From Vitreimonas sp. (GTDB taxonomy: Bacteria > Patescibacteriota > Microgenomatia > UBA1400 > PJMF01): DNA of 64,000 nt. This document shows positions 48,869-59,128 of this stretch, piece by piece. A program made the position numbers and the translations under genes. The stretch lies in contig DASPLQ010000012.1 of the NCBI GenBank assembly GCA_035627515.1, positions 1,034,331-1,098,330 on the forward strand. The letters are read 5' to 3'. The notes under the pieces are model-generated. The model saw only the letters and a program-made list of their open reading frames with translations. It did not search any database and was not told the origin of the DNA. Numbering within the stretch: the stretch's first letter is position 1; every line of letters starts with the position of its first letter.

Positions 48869-50194
48869 ATGAGTACGTACGTCATTCAAGGTGGGACCCC
48901 GTTATTTGGTTCTGTTCGGGTAGGTGGAGCCAAAAATGCTTCATATAAATTAATGATTGCCGCCTTATTAGCAAAATCCCCATCGCGTTTACTCAATTTT
49001 AGTCACATCAGTGACGTGGCGTTAGTAGCGCGGCTGATTGAGATGTTAGGGGGACGCGCCCATCAAGTCGGTGAACGCGCTTATGTGGTCGATCCCGCTA
49101 ATTTAAATCAATGGACCATTTCACGCGAGCACGGCGAAGCTTCACGAGCTTCCACTATGTTTATTCCTGCTTTATTACATCGCTTTGGTCGGGCAGAAGT
49201 ACCCTTACCCGGTGGTGACAAAATTGGACGTCGGCCACTTGAGCGTCATTTTCAGGGCTTGCAAGCCATGGGAGCTCGAGTCACTGAGGAAGCTGACTTG
49301 ATTCGCGTAGAAGCAGATGGTTTGAAAGGTGCTGATTACACCTTTGCTAAAAATTCTCACACCGGGACTGAGACGTTGGTGATGGCGGCGGCATTAGCCG
49401 AAGGGAAAACGATTTTACGCAACGCTGCTGAAGAAACTGAAGTTGATGATTTGATTACTTTTTTAAATGCGATGGGTGCCAAAATCCGTCGAACTGAGCC
49501 CCGTACTATTGAGATTGAAGGTGTCACAGAGTTACAAGGTGCCATTTTTAAGATTATGCCCGACCAAAATCAAGTTGTGTCGTTTGCATGTGCGGCGTTG
49601 GCTACCAAAGGTGATGTGATTGTGGAAAATGCCCGACCCGATGATTTAGAAATCTTTTTAGCTAAATTGAAAGCAGCTGGTGCCGGTTATGAGGTGGGTA
49701 GTTATGGGATTCGCTTTTTTTATCAACAACCACTGCGGGCAGTAGAGGTGACTACCGCTATTCATCCAGGTTTTAAAACTGACTGGCAACCTCTCTGGGT
49801 GACGATGATGACCCAAGCCGAGGGTGACAGCATTTTACATGAAACAGTTTCGCAGAATCGCTTCCAATATGTAGAATCACTCAATACGATGGGAGCTGAC
49901 ATTGAGCTCTTTAATCCCCAGGTAGAAAATCCAGAAGCGGTTTATAACTTCAATTGGGATGATCGAACCGATAAAGATCGCTATGCGGCCAAAATCCACG
50001 GACCATCTTTATTAACCGCAGGTGAGTTCACGGTTAAAGATTTACGTCATGGAGCAACGCTGATGATTGCTGGTATGATAGCTAGAGGCACAACTGTGCT
50101 TCATGATCCAGATCATCATATTGATCGAGGTTACGAATTACTTGATACTCAATTCCGGTCAATGGGCGCTCAAATAGAACGTCACTCACTTTAG
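48869..50194 (+). CDS. murA: UDP-GlcNAc enolpyruvyl transferase with Asp at the catalytic Cys position
   Basis: GAKNA, RAS, LPGGDKIG.RP, PGF.TD.Q, DLR.G, IDRGYE. Confidence 0.93.
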   Translation: MSTYVIQGGTPLFGSVRVGGAKNASYKLMIAALLAKSPSRLLNFSHISDVALVARLIEMLGGRAHQVGERAYVVDPANLNQWTISREHGEASRASTMFIPALLHRFGRAEVPLPGGDKIGRRPLERHFQGLQAMGARVTEEADLIRVEADGLKGADYTFAKNSHTGTETLVMAAALAEGKTILRNAAEETEVDDLITFLNAMGAKIRRTEPRTIEIEGVTELQGAIFKIMPDQNQVVSFACAALATKGDVIVENARPDDLEIFLAKLKAAGAGYEVGSYGIRFFYQQPLRAVEVTTAIHPGFKTDWQPLWVTMMTQAEGDSILHETVSQNRFQYVESLNTMGADIELFNPQVENPEAVYNFNWDDRTDKDRYAAKIHGPSLLTAGEFTVKDLRHGATLMIAGMIARGTTVLHDPDHHIDRGYELLDTQFRSMGAQIERHSL

Positions 50195-50203
50195 AAAGTT
50201 TAT

Positions 50204-51247
50204 ATGGGCTCACTCGCGTTAGTGCTAGGTATTTTAATTTTTTCCTTTATCGTAACCAGCACGGTGATCGTGCCGTTTATCAACACCTTGTACGCTCTTA
50301 AGTTTCAACGTGCTCAACAGCAAACCCGAGATGCGTTTGGCATGTTGACGCCAATTTTCGATGCCTTTCACAAACACAAGGCTGGTGTGCCAGTTGGTGG
50401 CGGGCTGTTGGTGATTATCGTAGTGTCGTTGATTTTCACTTTCCTGTTACCGATCCTAGAGTCATTTGGACTTTCTGTGTCCGGGGTGTATGGCAATACT
50501 CAAGGTGAGATCAATGTTTTGTTTTTTACTTTTTTGTCATTTGGCGTGTTAGGTTTGTATGACGATGTCAAAAAGTTTTTTCATTTTGAAAAAGAAGCTT
50601 TTTTTGGTTTGCGGTTGAAGCACAAACTGGCTTTACAAATTATTTTAGCCAGCATGATTGCCTTTATGCTGTATTTTAATTTGCACATTTCGATTTTACA
50701 CATCCCCTTTATTGGCACTTTTGAGCTGGGGTTGATGTATATTCCCTTTGCCACCTTTGTGATTGTGGCTTTTGCTAACGCAGTCAACATCACCGATGGT
50801 TTAGATGGTTTAGCCTCTGGGACATTGATGATTTCATTATTTGGTTTGTGGTTTTTGTCAGCTTCAATTTTAGACGTGCCTTTATCTTTGTTTTTAGCCT
50901 TATGGATTGGTTCACTGGTGTCCTTTTTATATTTCAATGTCTATCCGGCTCGGATGTTTATGGGTGATGTGGGTGCGTTGTCTTTTGGAGCCACTTTAGC
51001 CGTGGTCGGCTTATTATTAGGTAAGGTAATTGCCTTAGTCGTGATTGGTTTTATCTTTGTTTTCGAAATTACGACTTCATTTTTACAACTGCTCTCCAAA
51101 CGTTTTCGTGGTAAAAAGCTTTTCCCAGCTGCCCCTTTCCACTTATTTTTGCAAAAGTATGGGTGGGAAGAGCCTAAAATTGTGCAGCGGGCTTGGTTAG
51201 TCCAAGTGATGCTGACTCTCTTTGGCGTGTGGTTAGCCGTGATATGA
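50204..51247 (+). CDS. mraY: phospho-N-acetylmuramoyl-pentapeptide transferase
   Basis: P.GGG, G.YDD, NAVNITDGLDGL, FMGD.G, AP.H. Confidence 0.93.
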   Translation: MGSLALVLGILIFSFIVTSTVIVPFINTLYALKFQRAQQQTRDAFGMLTPIFDAFHKHKAGVPVGGGLLVIIVVSLIFTFLLPILESFGLSVSGVYGNTQGEINVLFFTFLSFGVLGLYDDVKKFFHFEKEAFFGLRLKHKLALQIILASMIAFMLYFNLHISILHIPFIGTFELGLMYIPFATFVIVAFANAVNITDGLDGLASGTLMISLFGLWFLSASILDVPLSLFLALWIGSLVSFLYFNVYPARMFMGDVGALSFGATLAVVGLLLGKVIALVVIGFIFVFEITTSFLQLLSKRFRGKKLFPAAPFHLFLQKYGWEEPKIVQRAWLVQVMLTLFGVWLAVI

Positions 51248-52326
51248 GAATCTCACCACAATTAGTTGTTGCCATTTTAACCCTGGGGTTGTGTTTGCTG
51301 GGACTGTTGTTTGTATTTGAGGCTTCCACAGCTGAGGCCTTAGCTATTGCTGACAATCCCTATTTTTTTGTCACTCAACAAGCCGTGCGGCTAGCCATTG
51401 GCGTGGTGGCGTTAATAGGCGTCCAACTTGTCCCTATTGGACTGTGGCAAAAAACAGCGGGGTTGTGGTACGGACTGAGTATCTTGTTACTTCTGCTCGT
51501 CATTATTCCGGGCATCGGTCTCGAGCTCAATGGCGCCCATCGGTGGCTGAATGTAGGTGGTTTTTTGCTACAGCCGGTAGAAATTGCTAAGTTTTCGGTG
51601 ATTCTTTTTTTTGCGAGTTGGATGGTCAAACACCAGCGATTAGGTCCCTTTTTATTTTTGACAATGATGCCGGCCTTGTTGGTCATTAAGCAACCTGACT
51701 TAGGATCATTGCTAGTCTTACTATGTATCGCCTTTGGGATTTATTTTGTAGCAGGTGGCAAAATGACGAGTATTATTGGCATTGGTTTCTTAGGAATTGT
51801 GTTACTCAGCTTAGCTATTGTCAGTTCGCCTTACAGAATGAAACGGGTGACTACTTTTTTAAACCCTGATAGTGATCCCTTGGGAGCTAGTTTTCATATC
51901 CGGCAAATTACTTTGGCTTTAGGTAATGGGGGTTGGTGGGGACAAGGTCTGGGTAACTCTCGACAGAAATACTCTTATATTCCGGAAGCCAGCACCGACT
52001 CAATCTTTGCCATTATTGCTGAAGAAGTGGGATTTTTTGGGTCACTGGCCTTAATCACGCTGATGGGAAGTTATATTTATGCGTGCTTCAATTTAGTGAA
52101 GCAGATTAAAGATGATCCTTTTCGCTACTTAGTGGCAGTGGGAATTGTAATTTGGATATCTTCTCAAGTAGTCTTAAATTTAGCTGCAGTAGTAGCGTTG
52201 GTGCCATTGACCGGTGTGCCATTACCGTTCTTTTCTTATGGTGGCTCTTCATTGATAATGTTATTAATCGGAGTGGGCGTGTTAATAAAATGTAGCATCC
52301 AACCGTCATCCGTAAAAAAACGATGA
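51244..52326 (+). CDS. ftsW: SEDS peptidoglycan glycosyltransferase
   Basis: NGA.RW, QP.E..K, QPDLG, PEA.TDSIF...EE.G, P.TG..LPF.SYGGSS. Confidence 0.93.
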   Translation: MRISPQLVVAILTLGLCLLGLLFVFEASTAEALAIADNPYFFVTQQAVRLAIGVVALIGVQLVPIGLWQKTAGLWYGLSILLLLLVIIPGIGLELNGAHRWLNVGGFLLQPVEIAKFSVILFFASWMVKHQRLGPFLFLTMMPALLVIKQPDLGSLLVLLCIAFGIYFVAGGKMTSIIGIGFLGIVLLSLAIVSSPYRMKRVTTFLNPDSDPLGASFHIRQITLALGNGGWWGQGLGNSRQKYSYIPEASTDSIFAIIAEEVGFFGSLALITLMGSYIYACFNLVKQIKDDPFRYLVAVGIVIWISSQVVLNLAAVVALVPLTGVPLPFFSYGGSSLIMLLIGVGVLIKCSIQPSSVKKR

Positions 52327-53441
52327 AAATTTTGATTTCCGGTGGACATTTGACGCCCGCCTTAGCCTTGTGTGACTATCTTCAGCAAGCCCAGCCAGAT
52401 TGGAAAATATTATTTGTGGGCAGAACATTTTCCCAGGACACAGCTCAGCAAAAAGCTCATGAGCAAAATGAAGTGGCAAAGCGCGGTCTGCCTTTTTTTG
52501 CTTTACAGGCACCGCGATTGAGTGGGGATTCATGGTGGGAAAAAATACAGCGTAGTTCACAGTTTGTGGCGAGCGTCTCCCGGGCATTGAAAATAATATC
52601 TCAAGAAAAACCCAGTGTTTTTGTTTCCTTTGGGGGTTATTTGGCTGTGCCGATTGCGCTGGCAGCTTGGCTCAAGGGCGTTCCAATCGTCACACACGAG
52701 CAAACACGGCGACCTGGCCGGGCAAATCTCTTTATTGCTCGCTTAGCACAAAAAATTGCTATTTCCTTTCCAGAAACTGCCTCGGTTTTCCCCTCACATA
52801 AAGTAGTTGTCACTGGCAATTTATTACGACCAGAGTTATTTAAACTCCAACATCCTGCTTTCGGCGATATTAAAAAACAAAATGATTTACCATTACTCTA
52901 TGTAACAGGAGGAAATCAAGGTGCCAAAGTCTTGAATGATGTAATTGCTGACGGCTTACCAGAGTTAATTAAAACATGGCGCATAATTCATCAATGTGGC
53001 AATGCAACTAAGGATCACGATTACTTGACTCAACTTCAAGCACGTAAAGAAACATTGACAACCGAAGAAAAAGCTCGGTATGTGATACGAGAATGGTTTA
53101 CAACTGAAGAACTGGCACTAATTTATAGTCAGGCTACGATCGTTTTATCACGGGCTGGGGCTAATACCGTCTATGAATTGGCTGCGGTCAAAGTGCCCAG
53201 CATCTTGGTTCCCTTACCCACCGCATATCAAGATGAACAACAGGCCAATGCCGAGTGGTTAGTAAAACTGGGGGGAGCCAAACTTTTACCTCAATCTGAG
53301 CTCAATCAAGAAAACCTGATAAAGGTATTAACCATGATTAAGGAAACAACACCCCAAATGACAGCTGCCTTAGAAAAGTTGCAAATTCCTTTAGATGCAA
53401 CTGCGCAATTAACAGACGTCCTGAAAACGTATCAAAGCTAA
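52323..53441 (+). CDS. murG: lipid II GlcNAc transferase
   Basis: GGH..PA, GGY..P, HEQ...G.AN, GGNQG, SRAGA, EQ..NA. Confidence 0.93.
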   Translation: MKILISGGHLTPALALCDYLQQAQPDWKILFVGRTFSQDTAQQKAHEQNEVAKRGLPFFALQAPRLSGDSWWEKIQRSSQFVASVSRALKIISQEKPSVFVSFGGYLAVPIALAAWLKGVPIVTHEQTRRPGRANLFIARLAQKIAISFPETASVFPSHKVVVTGNLLRPELFKLQHPAFGDIKKQNDLPLLYVTGGNQGAKVLNDVIADGLPELIKTWRIIHQCGNATKDHDYLTQLQARKETLTTEEKARYVIREWFTTEELALIYSQATIVLSRAGANTVYELAAVKVPSILVPLPTAYQDEQQANAEWLVKLGGAKLLPQSELNQENLIKVLTMIKETTPQMTAALEKLQIPLDATAQLTDVLKTYQS

Positions 53442-53443
53442 TT

Positions 53444-54229
53444 ATGTTTCGTTTTTTAGCGCCATTATTGCTGGTGACTGGTTTACTAGGAGTAGTGCTC
53501 ACAATTATTCACTTTCAGTTTCAAGTGGAATATCTGGTTTGTGAAACGACTGAAGGTAACTGTCCTGAGATGGTGATGCCGTTACTAGATAAAACTAAAC
53601 ACAGTTCATTATTTTTTACTGATCATCATTCACTCGTAGCCGCTGATTTAGCCAAACTTGGTTGGAGAGTAAATAGTATTAAAAAAAAGCTCCCTCAGCA
53701 ATTAATTATGCAACTGAGCCCAGAGCAACCTGTGTATCGTCTCTACTTTTCACCAGATAAAGCTGAGATTTATTTTACTTCTGGGGCGTTTGTAACAGAA
53801 AGTAATCCTAGTCTTGAGTCAGCGTTAACAACTATTCAGTTTTATGATCCAACGGGAACACCGCCACCGCTCACCCACTCCTTTTTGAATGTAGTTATTC
53901 CCACCCTCCAAGAACAGCAAGTGGGGTTTACAACTTTACAGTTACAATCAGATGGAGCTCTGGAGCTGACACTGCCTTCTGGTCAAAAAGCCGTCATTGA
54001 TCGTGACCAGCCTCAGGCGCAAGTGACCAAGCTCAAAATGATTTTAGATCAGCTCGATTTTGCTTCATTTTCTCAGCCAATTCAAATTATTGATCTCCGT
54101 TTTAAATATCCAGTGCTTAAAACTCAGCAAGATACTAGAGAGTTTTCACCAATTGAGTTGAGCACAGATCAAGCAGCAACACCTTCTGTTACTCCAATTA
54201 GTACGGCTTCGGCCAGTCCGGCGGAGTAA
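53444..54229 (+). CDS. ftsQ: FtsQ/DivIB-like protein
   Basis: N-terminal TM, KK.LP, C-terminal IDLRF..PV; between murG and ftsA. Confidence 0.7.
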   Translation: MFRFLAPLLLVTGLLGVVLTIIHFQFQVEYLVCETTEGNCPEMVMPLLDKTKHSSLFFTDHHSLVAADLAKLGWRVNSIKKKLPQQLIMQLSPEQPVYRLYFSPDKAEIYFTSGAFVTESNPSLESALTTIQFYDPTGTPPPLTHSFLNVVIPTLQEQQVGFTTLQLQSDGALELTLPSGQKAVIDRDQPQAQVTKLKMILDQLDFASFSQPIQIIDLRFKYPVLKTQQDTREFSPIELSTDQAATPSVTPISTASASPAE

Positions 54230-54284
54230 GAAACTTAATATCGACAGAGGATCTGTTTTTTTGATATGCTAAATGACAGGCTTT

Positions 54285-55595
54285 ATGGCACGATCTATTC
54301 CCATTACTGCAATTGATATTGGTACCGACAAATGCGTCACACTCATCGCTGTGCTTGACGATGAAACTCGTCAACTCCGGGTAGTAGGTGCTTCGGTGGT
54401 GGCCTCACGTGGTTTGCGCAAAAGCACGATTGTGGATCTAGAGCAGGTGCTAGAAACTATTACCGAGAGTCTTGATGGCGCTGAACGGATGGCAGGTTTT
54501 GACGTCAAAAGTGCTTTTATCTCGGTGTCAGGCAGTCATATTGCTTCTCAGAACTCAAAAGGTGTGGTGGCAGTAGCCGCTCCTAATCAGGAAATTATGC
54601 GTGAAGACGTCTCACGAGTGATTGAAGCCGCTCGCGCTATCTCGTTACCAAGTGATCGTGAAATTGTCCATGTGGTACCGCGGCACTTTAAGGTTGACTC
54701 TCAGGATGGAATTAAAGACCCGGTGGGTATGACTGGCGTACGCCTCGAGGCAGAAGCCCACATTATTACCAGCATGTCGACCGCTTTGCGAAACTTAGAA
54801 AAAAGTATTCGCGATGTCGGTTTAGAAGTGGACGGCTTTGTCTTTGCTGGTTTAGCGGCAGCTGACGTGGTAGTGACTGAAACCGAAAAAGAACTGGGCG
54901 TAGTGGTGGTTGATATTGGCGCAGGTTCTACGGCCTTGTGTGCCTTTGTAGAAGGCTCATTAGCTTATTCAGCTGTTCTGCCTATTGGAGCTCGGCATAT
55001 TACTCAAGATATTGCTTTAGGGTGTCGGGTTAGTTTAGAAGCTGCCGAAAAAATTAAGGTAGCCCTCTCTACTGAAACACTGGACACAGTCACACCATAT
55101 CCTGGTGAATCAAAAGAGGATCTCAACAAACGTCGTAAAAAAGCCGATGTCCTGGAAGTGGGGAAGCTGGGTATTGAAGAAAGTGTGGAAGTGTTATCGA
55201 AGCGAGCGATTGTCGAAGGCATCATGGTGCCGAGAATGAAGGAAATTTTTACCATGATCGCTCAACAACTTAACTCTCATGATTTGTTGCCTTTGGTACC
55301 AGCGGGAGTAGTTTTATCAGGCGGCGGAGCTGAGACGATTGGTATTGCAGAAGTGGCTAAACGGACCTTAAACCTACCCGCTCGAGTTGGTCGACCTTTA
55401 GAACTGCAAGGTTTAGTTCATGATATCCAAAAGCCTTCCTTTGCCACCGCGATTGGTTTGCTCATGTATGGAAAGTACCGTGGTGGGAGTCATGCCAGTG
55501 GCCACACTCTTAAAATTCCCAATATTTTTAAAGATATTAATATCGGTGGGATTGCCAACTCATTAGGCAAGTTTTTTAAATCGTTAATGCCGTAG
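54285..55595 (+). CDS. ftsA: cell division protein FtsA
   Basis: AIDIGT.K, P.GM.G.RLE, DIGAG.T, G.HIT.DI, GVVL.GGG. Confidence 0.95.
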   Translation: MARSIPITAIDIGTDKCVTLIAVLDDETRQLRVVGASVVASRGLRKSTIVDLEQVLETITESLDGAERMAGFDVKSAFISVSGSHIASQNSKGVVAVAAPNQEIMREDVSRVIEAARAISLPSDREIVHVVPRHFKVDSQDGIKDPVGMTGVRLEAEAHIITSMSTALRNLEKSIRDVGLEVDGFVFAGLAAADVVVTETEKELGVVVVDIGAGSTALCAFVEGSLAYSAVLPIGARHITQDIALGCRVSLEAAEKIKVALSTETLDTVTPYPGESKEDLNKRRKKADVLEVGKLGIEESVEVLSKRAIVEGIMVPRMKEIFTMIAQQLNSHDLLPLVPAGVVLSGGGAETIGIAEVAKRTLNLPARVGRPLELQGLVHDIQKPSFATAIGLLMYGKYRGGSHASGHTLKIPNIFKDINIGGIANSLGKFFKSLMP

Positions 55596-55677
55596 GTATC
55601 TACTTGATCTGGCTCTGTTGAGTTTAGGGTTTTAGTGATACACTTGAGCATCAAATTAGTACGAAATAGATACACGT

Positions 55678-57015
55678 ATGGGACTCGTTAAACCAACTAA
55701 TACAACTTTTGCGAAAATTAAAGTCATCGGTGTCGGCGGCGGTGGCGGTAACGCTGTCAACTCAATGATCACTTCTAACCAAATTCAAGGGGTGGAGTTT
55801 ATTACCGTCAATACAGATGCCCAAGCCTTACTGACTTCCAAAGCTGAAACTAAACTGCAAATTGGCAACAACTTTACCAAAGGTTTGGGTTCTGGCGCTG
55901 ATCCTGATGTGGGTCGCACTGCAGCTGAAGAAAGTCGTGAAAAATTAAAAGATTTACTGTATGACTCTGATATGGTGTTTATTACCGCGGGAATGGGAGG
56001 TGGCACTGGTACTGGTGCTTCACCCGTGATTGCCGAAATTGCTAAAGAAGCCGGCGCTTTGACTGTTGCCGTCGTCACTAAGCCCTTTGCCTTCGAAGGT
56101 ATCCGTCGCATGCAATCTGCTGAAGAGGGCATTGCTACCCTCAAAGAAAATGTCGACACTTTGATTGTGATTCCTAATCAACGCTTGATGGATGTTGTTG
56201 ATAAAAAAATGACGCTCTTGGATGCCTTTCGCTTAGCTGATAATGTTTTAGGTCAGGGTGTGCAAGGTATTTCTGATTTAATCACAGTTCCTGGACTGAT
56301 TAACGTCGACTTTGCTGACGTGAAGACAATCATGACTGAATCAGGTTCAGCATTAATGGGCATTGGGGAAGCCAGTGGTGAGAACCGCGCTGCCACAGCC
56401 GCCCGGATGGCAATTTCTTCACCATTGTTGGAAGTTTCCATCGATGGTGCCAAGGGTATCCTCTATAACATCATTGGTGGTCCTGATATGACAATGAGTG
56501 AAGTTTCTGATGCTTCTGCGATTATTGCTAATGCAGCTGCGCCTGATTCCAACATAATCTTTGGTGCTACCATCGATGAAAACATGGGTAATCGCATTAA
56601 AATTAGTGTCATAGCCACCGGTTTTGATGAGCGTCAAATGGGTTATGCTGCTACTAATAGACCAGTGTTTGGCGCTTTTAGTCGTGAATCTTCCCGCCGC
56701 TTAAATACTACGACTCCTGCTACCAATGTAAGTACTCCTTCTACAGCAGGCGAAACGAGAATTGATCGTGCGCCAGGAAGCTTTACTCAACCCCAAACCA
56801 CAGCCCAAATCGCTGGCACACCAGGTGTTGTGCCTACCCAGCCGTTTGTGCGCTCGCAAGCTTTTGGTGACCAGATGTCTTCTACACAATCTGCCCCTAC
56901 CACGCCTCAAACTCAGCCGTCGACCACAGCCGCTTCTCAAGCTGCAGGTAAGCCTGCAGTCGATCCTGCTTTTGAAGATGAGTTTGAAATTCCCGCATTT
57001 CTACGGCAGAAATAA
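55678..57015 (+). CDS. ftsZ: cell division protein FtsZ
   Basis: [25 protein letters not shown], long T/Q/P-rich linker, C-terminal EIPAFLR. Confidence 0.98.
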   Translation: MGLVKPTNTTFAKIKVIGVGGGGGNAVNSMITSNQIQGVEFITVNTDAQALLTSKAETKLQIGNNFTKGLGSGADPDVGRTAAEESREKLKDLLYDSDMVFITAGMGGGTGTGASPVIAEIAKEAGALTVAVVTKPFAFEGIRRMQSAEEGIATLKENVDTLIVIPNQRLMDVVDKKMTLLDAFRLADNVLGQGVQGISDLITVPGLINVDFADVKTIMTESGSALMGIGEASGENRAATAARMAISSPLLEVSIDGAKGILYNIIGGPDMTMSEVSDASAIIANAAAPDSNIIFGATIDENMGNRIKISVIATGFDERQMGYAATNRPVFGAFSRESSRRLNTTTPATNVSTPSTAGETRIDRAPGSFTQPQTTAQIAGTPGVVPTQPFVRSQAFGDQMSSTQSAPTTPQTQPSTTAASQAAGKPAVDPAFEDEFEIPAFLRQK

Positions 57016-57044
57016 CCTCAAGAAGAACTAAATAACTTGTTACT

Positions 57045-57072
57045 AACTCGGTACATAATACCGAGTTTTTTT
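57045..57072 (+). terminator. intrinsic terminator of ftsZ
   Basis: AACTCGGTA-CATAA-TACCGAGTT with a T7 run. Confidence 0.85.
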
Positions 57073-57098
57073 ATGCTTGGTTGTGAATATAGCAAACT

Positions 57099-57290
57099 AT
57101 GTCACACCAAACAACATCCAGTTCATCCAAGCGAGAAGTAACTCGTAATGGCGAAATTTTCGAGAAAAATACTCGCAAGGAAAACAGACTTTCATACACC
57201 CAGCTATCCCTTGAATACAACTTAACTGTTGCCCGCATCGGCAACATCGTTCGTGACGAAAAAAAGCGCCGCGGATGGAAGGGGGTTTAA
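57099..57290 (+). CDS. small helix-turn-helix protein (Mor/sigma region 4-like)
   Basis: RN.EI......LSYTQLSLEYNLTVARIGNIV. Confidence 0.6.
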   Translation: MSHQTTSSSSKREVTRNGEIFEKNTRKENRLSYTQLSLEYNLTVARIGNIVRDEKKRRGWKGV

Positions 57291-57902
57291 ATGAAAGCTA
57301 AATCAAGACTAGCCCACAACAAAAATATGGTTTTGGTGAACTATGTTGGCGGATCTGAATACGAATACCCATGGGAACAAACTCTCAACAGATTTAAAAC
57401 CATCGCTGTTTTCAGTTTCTTCCTGTCAGTAAGCATGGGGTTAATGATGTATGGCCAATATAACCCTGAACTAATTAGTCCTTTACCTGTCAACGCTTCA
57501 ACTATCTACACCAATACAGTAGTCATCGATAAAAACCAAAACGTTGACACCTGGATTGCTGAGGCTGTGGATGAGTTTCTACCTAAAAGATCTTCTGAGG
57601 GTCGAAAAATAATGCATTGTCTGGCCAATCAAGAATCCAAGCATGGAGAAGACAAAGGTCATGGAGACGGTGGTTTAGCCGGTGGTCCATTTCAGTTCCA
57701 CGAAGCAACCTGGGTCGGTATGCGAAAGCAAATGATCAAAGAAGGTCATGCCACTGAAATTGGTAGCAGATATGACTTCAAAGAAGCAGCTCGAACTACA
57801 GCTTGGGCTATTGCAAACGGTAGAGCTTTGGAGTGGGGACCTATTTTAAGAGAGTCTAAAGGTTCAAATCATGCCACCTGTCATGTCCCAAGTTGGTATT
57901 AA
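57291..57902 (+). CDS. membrane-anchored lysozyme-like/lytic transglycosylase domain protein
   Basis: TM at about aa 38-55; LA.QES, GPFQF..ATW, terminal W and Cys. Confidence 0.7.
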   Translation: MKAKSRLAHNKNMVLVNYVGGSEYEYPWEQTLNRFKTIAVFSFFLSVSMGLMMYGQYNPELISPLPVNASTIYTNTVVIDKNQNVDTWIAEAVDEFLPKRSSEGRKIMHCLANQESKHGEDKGHGDGGLAGGPFQFHEATWVGMRKQMIKEGHATEIGSRYDFKEAARTTAWAIANGRALEWGPILRESKGSNHATCHVPSWY

Positions 57903-57916
57903 ACACATTATTAAAA

Positions 57917-58111
57917 ATGAAAAGGAGAGTTCAAAACAAAAAGAAATTACCGAAGTGCGGATGCAAGACATACGGACACCGCTCTTCAGTAAGACCAGCA
58001 AAACTCAACAGGTCGCTACACAAAAGTGGCTATTATGCCTGGTGGGTGAAAAAAGCACGAAGAGAGTTTGGTCAACTCGATGAAATAAAAAAAATCCCTA
58101 GTTGGCGCTAG
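57917..58111 (+). CDS. small basic hypothetical phage protein
   Basis: short K/R-rich ORF filling the gap; an alternative overlapping frame exists. Confidence 0.4.
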   Translation: MKRRVQNKKKLPKCGCKTYGHRSSVRPAKLNRSLHKSGYYAWWVKKARREFGQLDEIKKIPSWR

Positions 58112-58114
58112 GGA
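58087..58114 (-). terminator. minus-strand intrinsic terminator-like hairpin
   Basis: A8 followed by TCCCTAG-TTGGCG-CTAGGGA. Confidence 0.6.
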
Positions 58115-58135
58115 AGTAATTACAAGGAATTAACT

Positions 58136-59128
58136 ATGTCAAACATAACACAGGCGCAACCGAAAATGCAACTTAGAAAAGCACAAAAGCAAAAAGCAAA
58201 ACTCAGAATGGGTCTAGCTGGTACGAGCGGATCTGGAAAAACCTTCTCAGCCCTACTCTTAGCCAGTGGATTAACAAGCTGGGACAAGATTTGCGTAATT
58301 GATACTGAAAATGGATCAGCTGACCTTTATGACCATTTGGGTGACTATAACGTTTTACCTTTAACGGCGCCATTTTCTCCAGAAAGATACATTGAAGCCG
58401 TAAAAGCATGTGAAGAAGCCGGAGCTGAGGTCATCATCATTGACTCAATTACTCATGAGTGGGATGGAAAGGGTGGCTGTCTTGAAATCGTCGAAAAACT
58501 AGGCGGTCGCTATCAGGACTGGTCCAAGGTTACTCCTCGACACACAGCCTTTATTGAATCGATCTTGCAAAGCACAGCTCATATCATCACGACTGTTCGA
58601 AGAAAACAAGATTACGAGATGACCAAAGACAATAACGGCAAGATTAAAGTTGAAAAGGCAGGATTGAAAGAAATTACTCGAGAAGGCTTTGAGTACGAAC
58701 TCACCCTATCGTTTGCCATTTCTCAAAATCACTATGCTGTGGCGAGCAAAGACAGAACTGGCCTTTTTATGGACAAGCCGGAGTTCGTAATTTCACCTGA
58801 AACAGGTTTGATTCTCAAGAACTGGTCTGAGAGTGGAGTAACTGAAATCTTGATCCAAGAATCTCAACTAATGGAACTGGAAAAGCTTTTAGATGTTAAG
58901 GGAAAGAGAAAAGAGCCATTACTTGAATTTTATAAAGTCGAATCTTTAGACAAATTAACCCTTAAACAAGCTCAAGCAGCTATCTCCAAGCTCAAAACCT
59001 ACGAAGATGCTCCTCCTGAACCATCAGAAGAAGAGTTGGGTCGAATCGATGGAGACCAAATTGCCGAGGAAGTAGAAGCCGGTTTAGAGGCCGCAAAAAA
59101 AGCTAACACAAAGGAGTCCAATGAATAA
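58136..59128 (+). CDS. phage AAA_24 ATPase (Sak4-like recombination protein)
   Basis: G.SGSGKT.SAL, IDTENGS, IIDSI.HEW, FEYE. Confidence 0.85.
   Translation: MSNITQAQPKMQLRKAQKQKAKLRMGLAGTSGSGKTFSALLLASGLTSWDKICVIDTENGSADLYDHLGDYNVLPLTAPFSPERYIEAVKACEEAGAEVIIIDSITHEWDGKGGCLEIVEKLGGRYQDWSKVTPRHTAFIESILQSTAHIITTVRRKQDYEMTKDNNGKIKVEKAGLKEITREGFEYELTLSFAISQNHYAVASKDRTGLFMDKPEFVISPETGLILKNWSESGVTEILIQESQLMELEKLLDVKGKRKEPLLEFYKVESLDKLTLKQAQAAISKLKTYEDAPPEPSEEELGRIDGDQIAEEVEAGLEAAKKANTKESNE

Noticed and set aside
56640-56960. Low-complexity T/Q/P/A stretch in ftsZ as an insertion or intein
   Set aside because: it is the normal disordered FtsZ linker before the conserved C-terminal peptide; no intein motifs
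57048-57075. dif-like XerCD site at the prophage junction (CATAA)
   Set aside because: no TTATGTTAAA-type XerD arm at 6-bp spacing; the terminator hairpin explains the sequence
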